Shown: positions 29,858-39,098, numbered from the stretch's first letter. The stretch is DNA of 64,000 bases from an uncultured Bacteroidia bacterium (GCA_964352215.1 CAYGRE010000002.1:22353-86352); one strand, 5' to 3'. Numbers and translations: made by a program. The notes: generated by a model not told the origin, from the sequence alone.

Positions 29858-30643
29858 ATGCAAGAACTTTTCGACTTATCCATCGCCCCTGAAAATCTGT
29901 TTCCCACCATTCTGCTGACTTTTGTCGCAGTCTACTGGGTGATTTTCATTGTCGGATTGCTGGACTTCAGCTTTCTGGACTTCGATCTGGACAAAGACCT
30001 GGGTGTCGAAGTAGATTTTGATGGAAGCGTCGGAGCCCATGTGGACGGTGACCTCGGCGCAGGTGTCGGAGCCTATGTCGACGGCGACCTCGGCGCAAGC
30101 GTCGGAGGCGACGTGGATGGAGATGCCGACCTCGGCAAAGATGTCTCCTCCCACGGGAAAAACATCTCAGGCCCCGGCAAAGATGTCGGTATTGGCACCA
30201 AAATCCTTTGGTTCCTCAACCTGGGTGATGTCCCCTTCATGGCCTTTATGACCTTCTTCGCCCTCTTCTTCTGGGCTGGCTGTATATTGGGGCACCATTA
30301 TCTGAGCAAGGACAGCCTCCTGCTTTCGATCCTGGTCACCCTTGGCAGCATCGTCATAGCCGCATTGCTTACCAAAGCCATCACCCAACCTTTCCGCAAG
30401 TTTTTCCGGTCCCTGAACCAGGCCGAGAAACCACTGGTCCTCACCGGCCAGATTTGCACCATGGAAACAGGAGCCGCCGGGGATCGTCTGGGCCAGGCCT
30501 ATGTCAGCCTGGAAGACAAACATCTGCTGATCAATGTAAAATCCGATAGTGGAGACCGCATTGACAAAGGGGTACAGTGTCTTATCCTCGCGAAAAGCGA
30601 CGACGGTGACTATTACTTTATACAACCATTTGACTTAGAATAA
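29858..30643 (+). CDS. YqiJ/NfeD-like membrane protein: 3 transmembrane helices, an acidic Asp/Gly-rich repeat loop and a C-terminal NfeD-type OB-fold. It is the first gene of the flotillin cluster.
   Basis: The start was set at the ATG at 29858 (MQELFDL...), which is preceded by TATTTTTG at 29829-36. The TM helices are ILLTFVAVYWVIFIVGLL, FMAFMTFFALFFWAGCILG and LLLSILVTLGSIVIAALL. The C-terminal beta-rich segment is LVLTGQICTMETGAAGDRLGQAYVSLEDKHLLINVKSD ... CLILAKSDDGDYYFIQP. It sits immediately upstream of a flotillin gene, like E. coli yqiJ-yqiK and B. subtilis nfeD-floT. Confidence 0.6.
   Translation: MQELFDLSIAPENLFPTILLTFVAVYWVIFIVGLLDFSFLDFDLDKDLGVEVDFDGSVGAHVDGDLGAGVGAYVDGDLGASVGGDVDGDADLGKDVSSHGKNISGPGKDVGIGTKILWFLNLGDVPFMAFMTFFALFFWAGCILGHHYLSKDSLLLSILVTLGSIVIAALLTKAITQPFRKFFRSLNQAEKPLVLTGQICTMETGAAGDRLGQAYVSLEDKHLLINVKSDSGDRIDKGVQCLILAKSDDGDYYFIQPFDLE
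30029..30136. repeat. 36-bp tandem repeat (3 copies) inside the yqiJ-like CDS, encoding (V)G(A)xVDGDLGA.
   Basis: The copies are gtcggagcccatgtggacggtgacctcggcgcaggt, gtcggagcctatgtcgacggcgacctcggcgcaagc and a degenerate third. The unit is in frame (36 = 12 codons). Confidence 0.8.
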
Positions 30644-30805
30644 ATGCGCACACTGATGTTCGGAATGGGAACCGGAGAAATCATGTTGATCATATTGGTC
30701 CTCATTGTCATGCTGGTCGTCATCCCCATGATTCTCGTCGTCATCCTACGGCTGACCGGCAAGCACAAGGACCCAGATGACCGCTATCCCGGACATCGAT
30801 CTTAA
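30644..30805 (+). CDS. Unannotated 53-aa single-pass membrane micro-protein whose start overlaps the upstream stop (TAAATG).
   Basis: It falls below the 60-aa ORF-track cutoff. The translation is MRTLMFGMGTGEIMLIILVLIVMLVVIPMILVVILRLTGKHKDPDDRYPGHRS, a strongly hydrophobic 25-aa core with a charged C-terminus. The ATG directly abuts the TAA of the upstream gene. It lies between the nfeD-like and flotillin genes on the same strand. Confidence 0.45.
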   Translation: MRTLMFGMGTGEIMLIILVLIVMLVVIPMILVVILRLTGKHKDPDDRYPGHRS

Positions 30806-30910
30806 TAACAAACCCGTGCAGATTTCCTGATGAAATCGTAAATTATCGACCGAAATCATCTAGTACGGAATTTACCAGAATATTTAACCATTGCACTTTA
30901 ATCATCCGAA

Positions 30911-33091
30911 ATGCTCAACTCACAACTATTCATTGGAGCGGTGTTTGACAATGTGATCACCTTCGTGATCATCGGCATCGCAGTCGCTATTGTCCTTTCT
31001 CTGGCCCTTGTACTCTCCTGGTACAAGAAAGTCCCTCAAGGAAAGGCCCTGGTCCGAACCGGAATCGGTGGGATCAAGATATCCTTCAATGGCATGATCG
31101 TCATCCCGGTTGCCCACAAGATGGAGATGATGGACATCTCTCTTAAGAAAGTAGAGATTGGCCGTACTGGCAAGGACGGTCTGATCTGTAAAGACAATAT
31201 GCGGGCCGATATCAAGGTGGCCTTTTTCGTCCGGGTCAATCCGGAAAAAGAAGCAGTTGGAAGGGTGGCTCAGACCATCGGGGTATCCAGAGGCTCGGCG
31301 GAAGGAACGCTGACCCAACTGTTTGAAGCAAAATTCTCCGAAGCACTCAAGTCTGTCGGTAAACGCTTCAACTTTGTGGAGCTCTATGACAACCGGGAAT
31401 CCTTTCGGGAGGAGATCATCAATATGATTGGCACCAACCTCAACGGCTATATTCTGGACGATGCCGCCATTGACTACCTGGAGCAAACCCCGATTGAATT
31501 CCTTCAGGATGACAATATCCTTGATTCCGAAGGTATCAAGAAGATCACCGACCTCACCGCGATCCAGCACATTGCTGCCAACAAGATCCGCAATGAAGAG
31601 AAGAAGGTCATCACCCAGCAGGATGTTGAAGCCCAGGAAGCCATCCTGGAGCTGAACCGCCAACTCGTGGAAAAGGAGCAAATCCAGCAGCGGGAAATTG
31701 CTTCCATCACGGCCCGGGAAGAAGCCGAAACCAAGAAGATCCAGGCTGAAGAATTACTGCGCTCTGAGCAAGCCCGCATCCAGACCGAAGAAGAGGTCGC
31801 TATCGCGGAGCAAAACAAGCAGCGTCAGGTCATTGTGGCTCAAAAGTCCAAAGAGAAGACCGAAGCAGTGGAAACCGAGCGCGTCACCAAAGAGCGTGAA
31901 CTGGAGATCAATGAACGGGAGCGGGTGGTCACCCTGGCCCAGATCGAGAAAGAGAAGTCGGTCGAGGAAGAAAAGAAGAATATCCAGGAAGTGATCCGGG
32001 AACGGGTCATTGTGGAAAAGGCCACCGTGGTGGAAGAAGAGAAGATTAAAGACACCCGTGAATTTGCCACCGCTGACCGTTCCAAAAAAGTTGCACTGAC
32101 CAAGGCGGAAGAAACTTCCGGCCAGGAGAAGATCATGGCTGTGATCAAAGCAGAAGCAGATAAGGAAGCGGCTCAGATTGAAGCCCTGCGGAAGATCATC
32201 GAAGCGGAGGCCGCCCTGAAAGCATCTGAGCTGGATGCGGAAGCCATCAAGAGACGTGCTGAGGCCCGGGCCGCCGAAGAAGCTGCCGTCGGTGTCTCTG
32301 AAGCACAGGTCATCGAAGCCAAAGCTATTGCCAGCCAGCGCAAAGGTGAAGCCGATGCCAAAATCATTGAACTTCGGGCCAGTGCCGAAGCCAAAGAGAT
32401 CGAACTGAAAGCGGCGGCCAATGAGCAGGCCGGACTCAAAGAAGCCAACGTGCTTGAACAAACTGCCCTGGCCGCAGCCAAAGGCAAGACCGCCAATGCG
32501 GAGGCGACCGAGCGCGAAGGCCTGGCCGAAGCCCTTACCATCGAGAGCAAGCTGATTGCGGAAGCAAAAGGTATCGAGAAGAAAGCCGATGCGATGAAGA
32601 AGCTCGACGGAGTGGGCAAAGACCACGAAGAGTTCCGCCTCAGGTTGCAGAAAGACAAAGAAGTCGAGTTGGCTCAGATCGGGATCATGGCCGAGATCGC
32701 AGGTGCCCAGGCAACTGTGCTCAGCGAGGCCCTCAAGTCCGCCAATATCGACATCGTAGGTGGCGAAGCCGTATTCTTTGACAAACTGATGAATGCAGTG
32801 ACCCAGGCCAAGACCATTGATGGGCTGGTCAACAAGAGCAGCGTCCTCAGCGATCTGAAGAACAACCTACTCGACGGGGAGGATGGCAATGTGATCGACA
32901 AGGTCAAAGGACTGGTCCAGCAAATTGGGCTGAAGTCCGATGACATCAAGAACCTGAGTATTGCAGCCCTGCTGTTGAAAATGAACGATGCAACCGACGA
33001 CAACAGTGTCAAAGGGGTGATCAACCGCCTCATGAACGCTGCGTGGCAGACAGGCATCGCCGACAAATCAGCAGGTTTGCTCGGACTGTAA
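30911..33091 (+). CDS. Flotillin-family protein (SPFH/band 7 domain, YqiK/FloT-like) with a long Ala/Glu/Lys-rich coiled-coil C-terminus.
   Basis: An N-terminal TM helix (VITFVIIGIAVAIVLSLALVLSWY) is followed by the SPFH domain (KKVPQGKALVRTGIGG ... RADIKVAFFVRV), then about 400 aa of EA-repeat coiled coil (KAEADKEAAQIEALRKIIEAEA ...). Confidence 0.85.
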   Translation: MLNSQLFIGAVFDNVITFVIIGIAVAIVLSLALVLSWYKKVPQGKALVRTGIGGIKISFNGMIVIPVAHKMEMMDISLKKVEIGRTGKDGLICKDNMRADIKVAFFVRVNPEKEAVGRVAQTIGVSRGSAEGTLTQLFEAKFSEALKSVGKRFNFVELYDNRESFREEIINMIGTNLNGYILDDAAIDYLEQTPIEFLQDDNILDSEGIKKITDLTAIQHIAANKIRNEEKKVITQQDVEAQEAILELNRQLVEKEQIQQREIASITAREEAETKKIQAEELLRSEQARIQTEEEVAIAEQNKQRQVIVAQKSKEKTEAVETERVTKERELEINERERVVTLAQIEKEKSVEEEKKNIQEVIRERVIVEKATVVEEEKIKDTREFATADRSKKVALTKAEETSGQEKIMAVIKAEADKEAAQIEALRKIIEAEAALKASELDAEAIKRRAEARAAEEAAVGVSEAQVIEAKAIASQRKGEADAKIIELRASAEAKEIELKAAANEQAGLKEANVLEQTALAAAKGKTANAEATEREGLAEALTIESKLIAEAKGIEKKADAMKKLDGVGKDHEEFRLRLQKDKEVELAQIGIMAEIAGAQATVLSEALKSANIDIVGGEAVFFDKLMNAVTQAKTIDGLVNKSSVLSDLKNNLLDGEDGNVIDKVKGLVQQIGLKSDDIKNLSIAALLLKMNDATDDNSVKGVINRLMNAAWQTGIADKSAGLLGL

Positions 33092-33112
33092 GAACAGTTT
33101 CAGAATTTCACA

Positions 33113-36100
33113 GTGGAAAATACCAATAACATACAACTCGAAGGCGGGGCCTACGAGATCATCCGCAACCGCCTCCTGACCCACGGCACCGAGCTGCGCC
33201 AAAGACTTGGCCAGCTCGATGAAGCCCGCCGGGAGGTGTTCGGATCGATCTCCACCGAACTTCTGGCCACCGACCGGATATCAACTGAAAACAATTGCAT
33301 CGCCAGAGACATCGTCTCTATCGGAGGCAAGTCCATCTTCGGATACAATGTCCAGTTGGGCTTGCGGACCGAGATGCATCTCAAAGATGTCTTTGCAGTA
33401 TTTCACTACAAGGACCAACGCTACCACGAGGACAGCCTGGACTTCATCCGGCATCCACGGTTTGAAGAGGATTTTACCAACCTCTACAAATATTACCGTC
33501 ATACCGTCTTCTCGAAGTTCGCGGTCATCGGTCCACACCTCTATATGGTGTTTCAGATCGGTAAAAGCGTCACCGACATCAAAGCCTTTAAGTTCCTCAT
33601 CACCCCGGAGCAGACCCTCCAATTTGTTGACAGTCGCTCCGAGGCAGAGGTCAGGTATCCCGAACAGCACGAATTCAAATGGGTACGTGCCCACCGGGAC
33701 ATGCACCGGACAGGTCAATTCCCCCATGTATCCATCATGGACAAGGTGTTCGTGGAGACCATGGGCGGAAGCCTGACCATCAAGGTCGAGGACAATACCG
33801 ACTCCGGGCTGGGAATTTACACCGAGGACGTCGACCATAAGGAGCAGTCTCTGGACGACGCGGAAATGTTCTATGCAGATCTGGGCAATATCCTTGTTCT
33901 GAAAATCCGCCCCTTTCAGGAAAAGGATTTTCGCTACATCGCCTACAACGAAAAGATGCAGGAAGCCCGGAGGATTGATACATTGGCGCACAGCTGTGTT
34001 CTCCTCCCCGATAGCCACGGCATCATTTTCGCCAATGGCTATTACCTCCAGACCGGTGAGTACAAGATTTTCCAGACCGGCCTCACCGATCTGCATTTCG
34101 AAAAGCGGATTTCAAGCCCCAATGGTGAAGATTACCTCTATGTATTCTTCAACCAGGACACAGGCTCCTACGTCCTGCTCAGTTACAACCTGATCGCTCA
34201 GAAGGTCGAAGCCCCCATCATCTGCAATGGATTTGCCCTCTTTGAAAATGGCGAGTTGACCTATTTCCGGGCCGAAGTCGAACCGACCAAGCACCACGCC
34301 ATCCAGATCTGGCAGACCCCTTATGTGGGCCTCAATTTCCGACTTCCGGTTTCTGAGGACAACAAGCTGTATAAGATTGGCAACAAGGACATCGTCCGGG
34401 CCATGGCCGAGTGTACCGAGATCCTCACCATTCTCAACAAAGAGGACACCTACGGTGGGCTCTACATCGACCTGGTCAAGCTGAGCGGCAATGTGCTGGA
34501 CAGCTATTACTGGATCGCAGACAAAGACACCTTCCAACTCAACGAACCGCTGAAAGAAATCAGGGAGTCAGCGGAGGGGGCCATTGAAGAGTTTGAGAAA
34601 GTAACCAGGGTACGGAGACACACCCGCGACGAAATGGAACGGGTCAGCCAGGCCGCCGACCACCTCGTCCGCGAGATCAAGCGCTCCATCTTCGAGAATG
34701 TCAACCAATTCGTAAAGATGCTGGCCGACCTCCGCAAGATGCGGGGCGAAGTCATCTCCCTGAAAGAATTGCGGTATGTCGATCTGGAACTCGTGGACCG
34801 CCTGGCAACGGACCTGTCCGAAGAAACCGAACGCCTGTCCCGCAAATGCGTGGAATTCCTACTGCGCGAGGGTGCACTCGCCCCCTACCAGGACAAAGTC
34901 ACCGAAGTCCACGGCGAGATCGACAGCGTCAAAACCGCCGCCGAAGCGGCCCAGGTAGAATTGAAGATCGAGGAGGTCGCCTCTGAACTGGAACTGCTGA
35001 TCGAGATCGTCTCCAATCTCAAGATTGACGATGCCACTCAGACGGCCCGCATCATCGACAGCATCTCGAATATATTCGCCGAGCTCAACCAGGTCCGGGC
35101 CGCCTTGCGCCGCCACAAAAAAGAACTGATGAGCACCGAGGCGGTGGCCGAGTTCAGCGCCCAGCTCAAACTGGTCGGCCAGGCGGTGGTCAACTACCTC
35201 GATGTCTCCGACACCCCTCAGAAATGCGATGAGTACGTCACCAAACTCATGGTACAGGTCGAGGAACTTGAAGGAAAGTTCTCCGAGTACGATGAATTCA
35301 TTGACCAACTCACCGAGAAGCGGGAAGAGATCTACAATGCTTTCGAAGCCCGGAAATTGTCTCTGACCGAAGCGCGTAACAAGCGGGCCTCGGCCCTCTT
35401 CAAGAGCGCAGAACGCATCCTCTCCGGCATCCGCAACCGGGTGGCCCAGTTCGGGGAAGTCACTGAGATCAATGGCTATTTCGCCTCCGACCTGATGATC
35501 GACAAGGTCCGGGACATCGTTGAGAAACTGATGGAGCTGGATGACAATGTCAAGTCCGAAGACCTGCAATCCCGGCTCAAGACCATCCGCGAGGATGCGG
35601 TGCGCCAACTCAGGGACCGCAAAGACCTCTTTGTCGATGGCAAGAATATCATCCAGTTGGGCAAGCATAAGTTTTCAGTCAACGTCCAACCGCTGGACCT
35701 GACCATTGTCCCCAAGGACGACGACCAATACTTCCACCTGAGTGGCACCAATTTTTTTGAGCGCATCCGCAACGAAGACTTCGAAGCCACCCGACCGATC
35801 TGGAAGCAAGAGCTCGTTTCCGAAAGCGAGGAAGTCTACCGGGCCGAATTTCTGGCTTATGCATTCTTCAAAGAAATGGTCGGGGACAGGAAGGGCCTTG
35901 ATGCCTTTGCAAATGCCCCCGAAGCGGAGCAATTGGAGCAACTCCATACCTATATGGGGCCCCGCTACCAGGAGGGCTATGCCAAGGGAGTCCACGACCA
36001 GGATGCCTACGCAATCCTGAACGCATTGCTGACCCTCCATTCCGACATCGGACTGCAACGGTACGCCCCTTCCGTACGGGCCTGTGCCATGCTCTGGTGG

Positions 36101-37996
36101 GAAACCTTCGTTAGCAAATCCGACAAAGCCCTTCTGCAACACCGGCTCAAAGGTGCGGGTTCAGTCCTGAAAGTATTTCCGGATTCCAAAGAATTTGGCG
36201 ACCTGGAAGCAGACATTTCCGAGCTCATCCATCAATTTCAGGAAGCAACCGGCCTCTTTGCCGCGGTATCCCAGTGCCTGGCTGCCGAGTATTTATTTGC
36301 CGAATTGACGCAAAACGACCGCTTTCTCGCTTCCGGCCCGGCCCAGCAGTTGCACCGGGATTTGAACGCATTTCTGAGCCGCAAGTCCTCGGTCAAGACC
36401 TTCCAGGAATCGCTCCGGCAATTGGAAGAGGTACCCGAAGACCGCTATTCGCTGATCTGCAGCTGGCTGACCGCTTATGTAGAAATGGAAGGCAAACCGG
36501 AGGCAGTGGATTATGTCCAGGAAGCCGCAGTGATTCAGTTCCTCGGCGATCAGGACCATTTCCGCACCGTTCCCGGCTCCGTCCATACTGAACTGAAAGG
36601 CCTGCGGGGAGACCATCCTGCCCTGGGAGAAAAAGGCCATTACCGTCTCAACTACAACCACTTCATGGCCCGGCTGGGCAATTACCACCGGGAGACCGTT
36701 CCCAAATTTCACCAATACCACCAGCTCAAGCACAAACTCACCGAAGAGTTCCGGTCTGAGCTCCGCCTCAGTGAGTTCAAACCAAGGGTATTGTCCAGTT
36801 TCGTCCGCAACAAACTGATCGACGAGGTCTATTTGCCCCTGTTCGGCAACAACCTGGCCAAGCAGATCGGCACGGTCGGCGACGACAAGCGCACCGACCG
36901 GATGGGGATGTTGCTCCTCATCTCGCCGCCGGGATACGGTAAGACGACCCTGATGGAATACATCGCCAACCGTCTCGGGCTGATCTTCATGAAGATCAAT
37001 GGCCCCGCGATCGGACACTCGGTGACCGCTCTCGATCCGGAAGAAGCCCCCAATGCTGCTGCCCGCGAGGAACTGCAAAAGCTGAACCTGGCATTGGAGA
37101 TGGGAGACAATATCATGCTCTACATCGACGATATTCAGCACTGTCACCCTGAGTTCCTGCAAAAATTCATCTCACTCTGTGATGCGCAGCGCAAGATCGA
37201 AGGGGTGTACAAGGGCCGTTCCCAGACCTATGACCTGCGCGGCAAACGCGTCTGTGTGGTCATGGCGGGCAATCCTTATACCGAATCCGGCACCAAGTTT
37301 CAGGTACCGGACATGCTGGCCAACCGCGCCGATACCTACAACCTGGGGGATATCATTGGGGAAACGGATACCTACTTCAAATTGTCTCTGGTCGAGAACT
37401 GTCTCACCAGCAACAATGCCTTGCAAAAGATAGCCCAGCGCTCCCACAAGGATGTTTATACCTTCCTGAAAATCGCAGAGACTGACAAACAGGAGGGGCT
37501 GGATTTCGAAGGGAATTATACCCCGGAAGAAGTTTCAGAAATCGTGGCAGTCTTGAAAAAGTTGATGGTGGTGCGGGATGTAATCCTGACCGTCAACCAG
37601 GAATACATCCGCAGTGCTGGGATGGGTGATGAGTTCCGTACGGAACCGGCTTTCAAACTCCAGGGTTCTTACCGGGACATGAACAAGCTGGCAGAGAAGC
37701 TTATCCCCATCATGAACGACCGGGAGTTGAAAGCCATGCTGCTCACCCACTACGAAAGCGAATCTCAAACCCTCACCTCTGGTGCGGAGGCGAATTTGCT
37801 CAAGTTCAAGCAAATGGTGGGTTGGATGACCGAGGAGGAGCAAGCCCGCTGGAACGATATCAAGGCGACTTTTATGAAGAAGCAGAGCCTTCTGGGCATC
37901 GATGCCGGCGACAAATTCGGCCAGGTGATTGCCCAATTGGGGAGTCTGGTGGATGGGATTGAAGGGATGCGAAAAGCAGTGGAAGGACAGAAGTAA
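33113..37996 (+). CDS. Giant (1627 aa) protein with an N-terminal domain of unknown fold, a central roughly 600-aa coiled coil and a C-terminal AAA_5 (MoxR/dynein-related) ATPase domain. It is probably co-operonic with the flotillin gene 22 bp upstream.
   Basis: Walker A is LLLISPPGYGKTTLMEY, Walker B is IMLYIDDIQHCHPEFL, sensor-1 is VCVVMAGNPY, and the Arg finger region is VPDMLANRADTYNL. This order matches AAA_5. Residues roughly 480-1100 have a heptad-rich helical composition. No match to a characterised family could be recalled. Confidence 0.6.
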   Translation: MENTNNIQLEGGAYEIIRNRLLTHGTELRQRLGQLDEARREVFGSISTELLATDRISTENNCIARDIVSIGGKSIFGYNVQLGLRTEMHLKDVFAVFHYKDQRYHEDSLDFIRHPRFEEDFTNLYKYYRHTVFSKFAVIGPHLYMVFQIGKSVTDIKAFKFLITPEQTLQFVDSRSEAEVRYPEQHEFKWVRAHRDMHRTGQFPHVSIMDKVFVETMGGSLTIKVEDNTDSGLGIYTEDVDHKEQSLDDAEMFYADLGNILVLKIRPFQEKDFRYIAYNEKMQEARRIDTLAHSCVLLPDSHGIIFANGYYLQTGEYKIFQTGLTDLHFEKRISSPNGEDYLYVFFNQDTGSYVLLSYNLIAQKVEAPIICNGFALFENGELTYFRAEVEPTKHHAIQIWQTPYVGLNFRLPVSEDNKLYKIGNKDIVRAMAECTEILTILNKEDTYGGLYIDLVKLSGNVLDSYYWIADKDTFQLNEPLKEIRESAEGAIEEFEKVTRVRRHTRDEMERVSQAADHLVREIKRSIFENVNQFVKMLADLRKMRGEVISLKELRYVDLELVDRLATDLSEETERLSRKCVEFLLREGALAPYQDKVTEVHGEIDSVKTAAEAAQVELKIEEVASELELLIEIVSNLKIDDATQTARIIDSISNIFAELNQVRAALRRHKKELMSTEAVAEFSAQLKLVGQAVVNYLDVSDTPQKCDEYVTKLMVQVEELEGKFSEYDEFIDQLTEKREEIYNAFEARKLSLTEARNKRASALFKSAERILSGIRNRVAQFGEVTEINGYFASDLMIDKVRDIVEKLMELDDNVKSEDLQSRLKTIREDAVRQLRDRKDLFVDGKNIIQLGKHKFSVNVQPLDLTIVPKDDDQYFHLSGTNFFERIRNEDFEATRPIWKQELVSESEEVYRAEFLAYAFFKEMVGDRKGLDAFANAPEAEQLEQLHTYMGPRYQEGYAKGVHDQDAYAILNALLTLHSDIGLQRYAPSVRACAMLWWETFVSKSDKALLQHRLKGAGSVLKVFPDSKEFGDLEADISELIHQFQEATGLFAAVSQCLAAEYLFAELTQNDRFLASGPAQQLHRDLNAFLSRKSSVKTFQESLRQLEEVPEDRYSLICSWLTAYVEMEGKPEAVDYVQEAAVIQFLGDQDHFRTVPGSVHTELKGLRGDHPALGEKGHYRLNYNHFMARLGNYHRETVPKFHQYHQLKHKLTEEFRSELRLSEFKPRVLSSFVRNKLIDEVYLPLFGNNLAKQIGTVGDDKRTDRMGMLLLISPPGYGKTTLMEYIANRLGLIFMKINGPAIGHSVTALDPEEAPNAAAREELQKLNLALEMGDNIMLYIDDIQHCHPEFLQKFISLCDAQRKIEGVYKGRSQTYDLRGKRVCVVMAGNPYTESGTKFQVPDMLANRADTYNLGDIIGETDTYFKLSLVENCLTSNNALQKIAQRSHKDVYTFLKIAETDKQEGLDFEGNYTPEEVSEIVAVLKKLMVVRDVILTVNQEYIRSAGMGDEFRTEPAFKLQGSYRDMNKLAEKLIPIMNDRELKAMLLTHYESESQTLTSGAEANLLKFKQMVGWMTEEEQARWNDIKATFMKKQSLLGIDAGDKFGQVIAQLGSLVDGIEGMRKAVEGQK

Positions 37997-38074
37997 TCTG
38001 TATCTTTGCAGCAATAAGCATCTGTAGCACCGAGCATCTGCAGCACAAGAATTTCGAAGCATAAGAAGCGCACC

Positions 38075-38809
38075 ATGTCCGATTCTTCATATTTGATCAG
38101 TGACCCGGTTGTATTGCACAACGCCCTGATTGATGCCCATTCCAAGGCGGATGGGTTAAGGTACAGAGCCTTGTGCGACCAGAATTCAAACTTGATTCAC
38201 AAGCACTTCCCAGCCTGGATGGTGATTCCCTACGCCATCAAGAACGATGAAAACGCGGTGAATGTCTATTCGGCTGCGATTGTGAATGTCGCGGTCCACT
38301 TTGCCATGAAGGGCGATACGCGCCTCATGGACCTGATCAACGGTATCGGAGACGATCCTTCTGTAAAATGGGACGAGGCATTCCACCAGTTCGAGGACCT
38401 GATGAAGAAGTTTGACTTCGCCGCTGCCCGTGACTTGTTGCTCGAGGTGGCATCGGAAATGCGGGAGCTGTCCGGGCCGGCCATTGACTACCGTATACCC
38501 TACGTCCACGAACGCCTGACCTGGTTGTTTTTTCTTTCCGGGGACATGGAATCGGCCGAATTGTACGGACGGGCGGCGCTGATGGGATTCAGAAAGACGA
38601 AAAATACCGAAGGGATATTGACAATCACCCGGCGCCTCGCAGACATCTTCAAAGCAGCGGGCGAATGGGAAAAGTCCCGGCAATGGATCATCCGATTTAC
38701 CAATATCCTACTGCAAAATGGCCGTCAGGAGAATGCAGAGGCAGTTCGCAGGTTACATGGGATTGAGCCCCTGGGAGAAGTGATTCCCCTTTCTGCTTCC
38801 GAAGATTGA
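38075..38809 (+). CDS. Hypothetical protein, possibly helical-repeat or TPR-like, probably the last gene of the flotillin/ATPase cluster.
   Basis: It is on the same strand, 79 bp after the giant ATPase. It has no signal peptide and no recognisable motif. Confidence 0.4.
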   Translation: MSDSSYLISDPVVLHNALIDAHSKADGLRYRALCDQNSNLIHKHFPAWMVIPYAIKNDENAVNVYSAAIVNVAVHFAMKGDTRLMDLINGIGDDPSVKWDEAFHQFEDLMKKFDFAAARDLLLEVASEMRELSGPAIDYRIPYVHERLTWLFFLSGDMESAELYGRAALMGFRKTKNTEGILTITRRLADIFKAAGEWEKSRQWIIRFTNILLQNGRQENAEAVRRLHGIEPLGEVIPLSASED

Positions 38810-38882
38810 CACAAAGAATACATCTTGATTTGCGTGGGAAAATTTCCGATATTCGTAGGTAAGCCAATAAAATTTCTGAGCC

Positions 38883-39098
38883 ATGTTATACGCAGACAAT
38901 AAAGAGAATAAGCCCAAGAAAACCCCTGCTGGTCGCGTCAACACTCCTGAGGACGCCCAAGGGCCTTCATTTGCTCCCCCGGAACTCTTCAAAGACGACG
39001 AAGACAAAGAGGATGAAATGGAGGATCATGGTGGACTTTCCGCTACGGAAAAAGAGAAGAAGAAAGCACTCGAGAAGAAGGAAAGAAAGGGACTTTAA
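38883..39098 (+). CDS. Small, highly charged hypothetical protein (71 aa).
   Basis: This is an ORF only. Its composition is KEKKKALEKKERK and it contains the motif GPSFAPPELF seen in neighbouring leader-like ORFs. Its coding status is uncertain. Confidence 0.25.
   Translation: MLYADNKENKPKKTPAGRVNTPEDAQGPSFAPPELFKDDEDKEDEMEDHGGLSATEKEKKKALEKKERKGL

Noticed and set aside
38005-38040. Short direct repeat agcatctg(t/c)agcac x2 after the giant ATPase gene.
   Set aside because: It has only two 14-bp imperfect copies and no hairpin or T-tract. It is too weak to call a feature.
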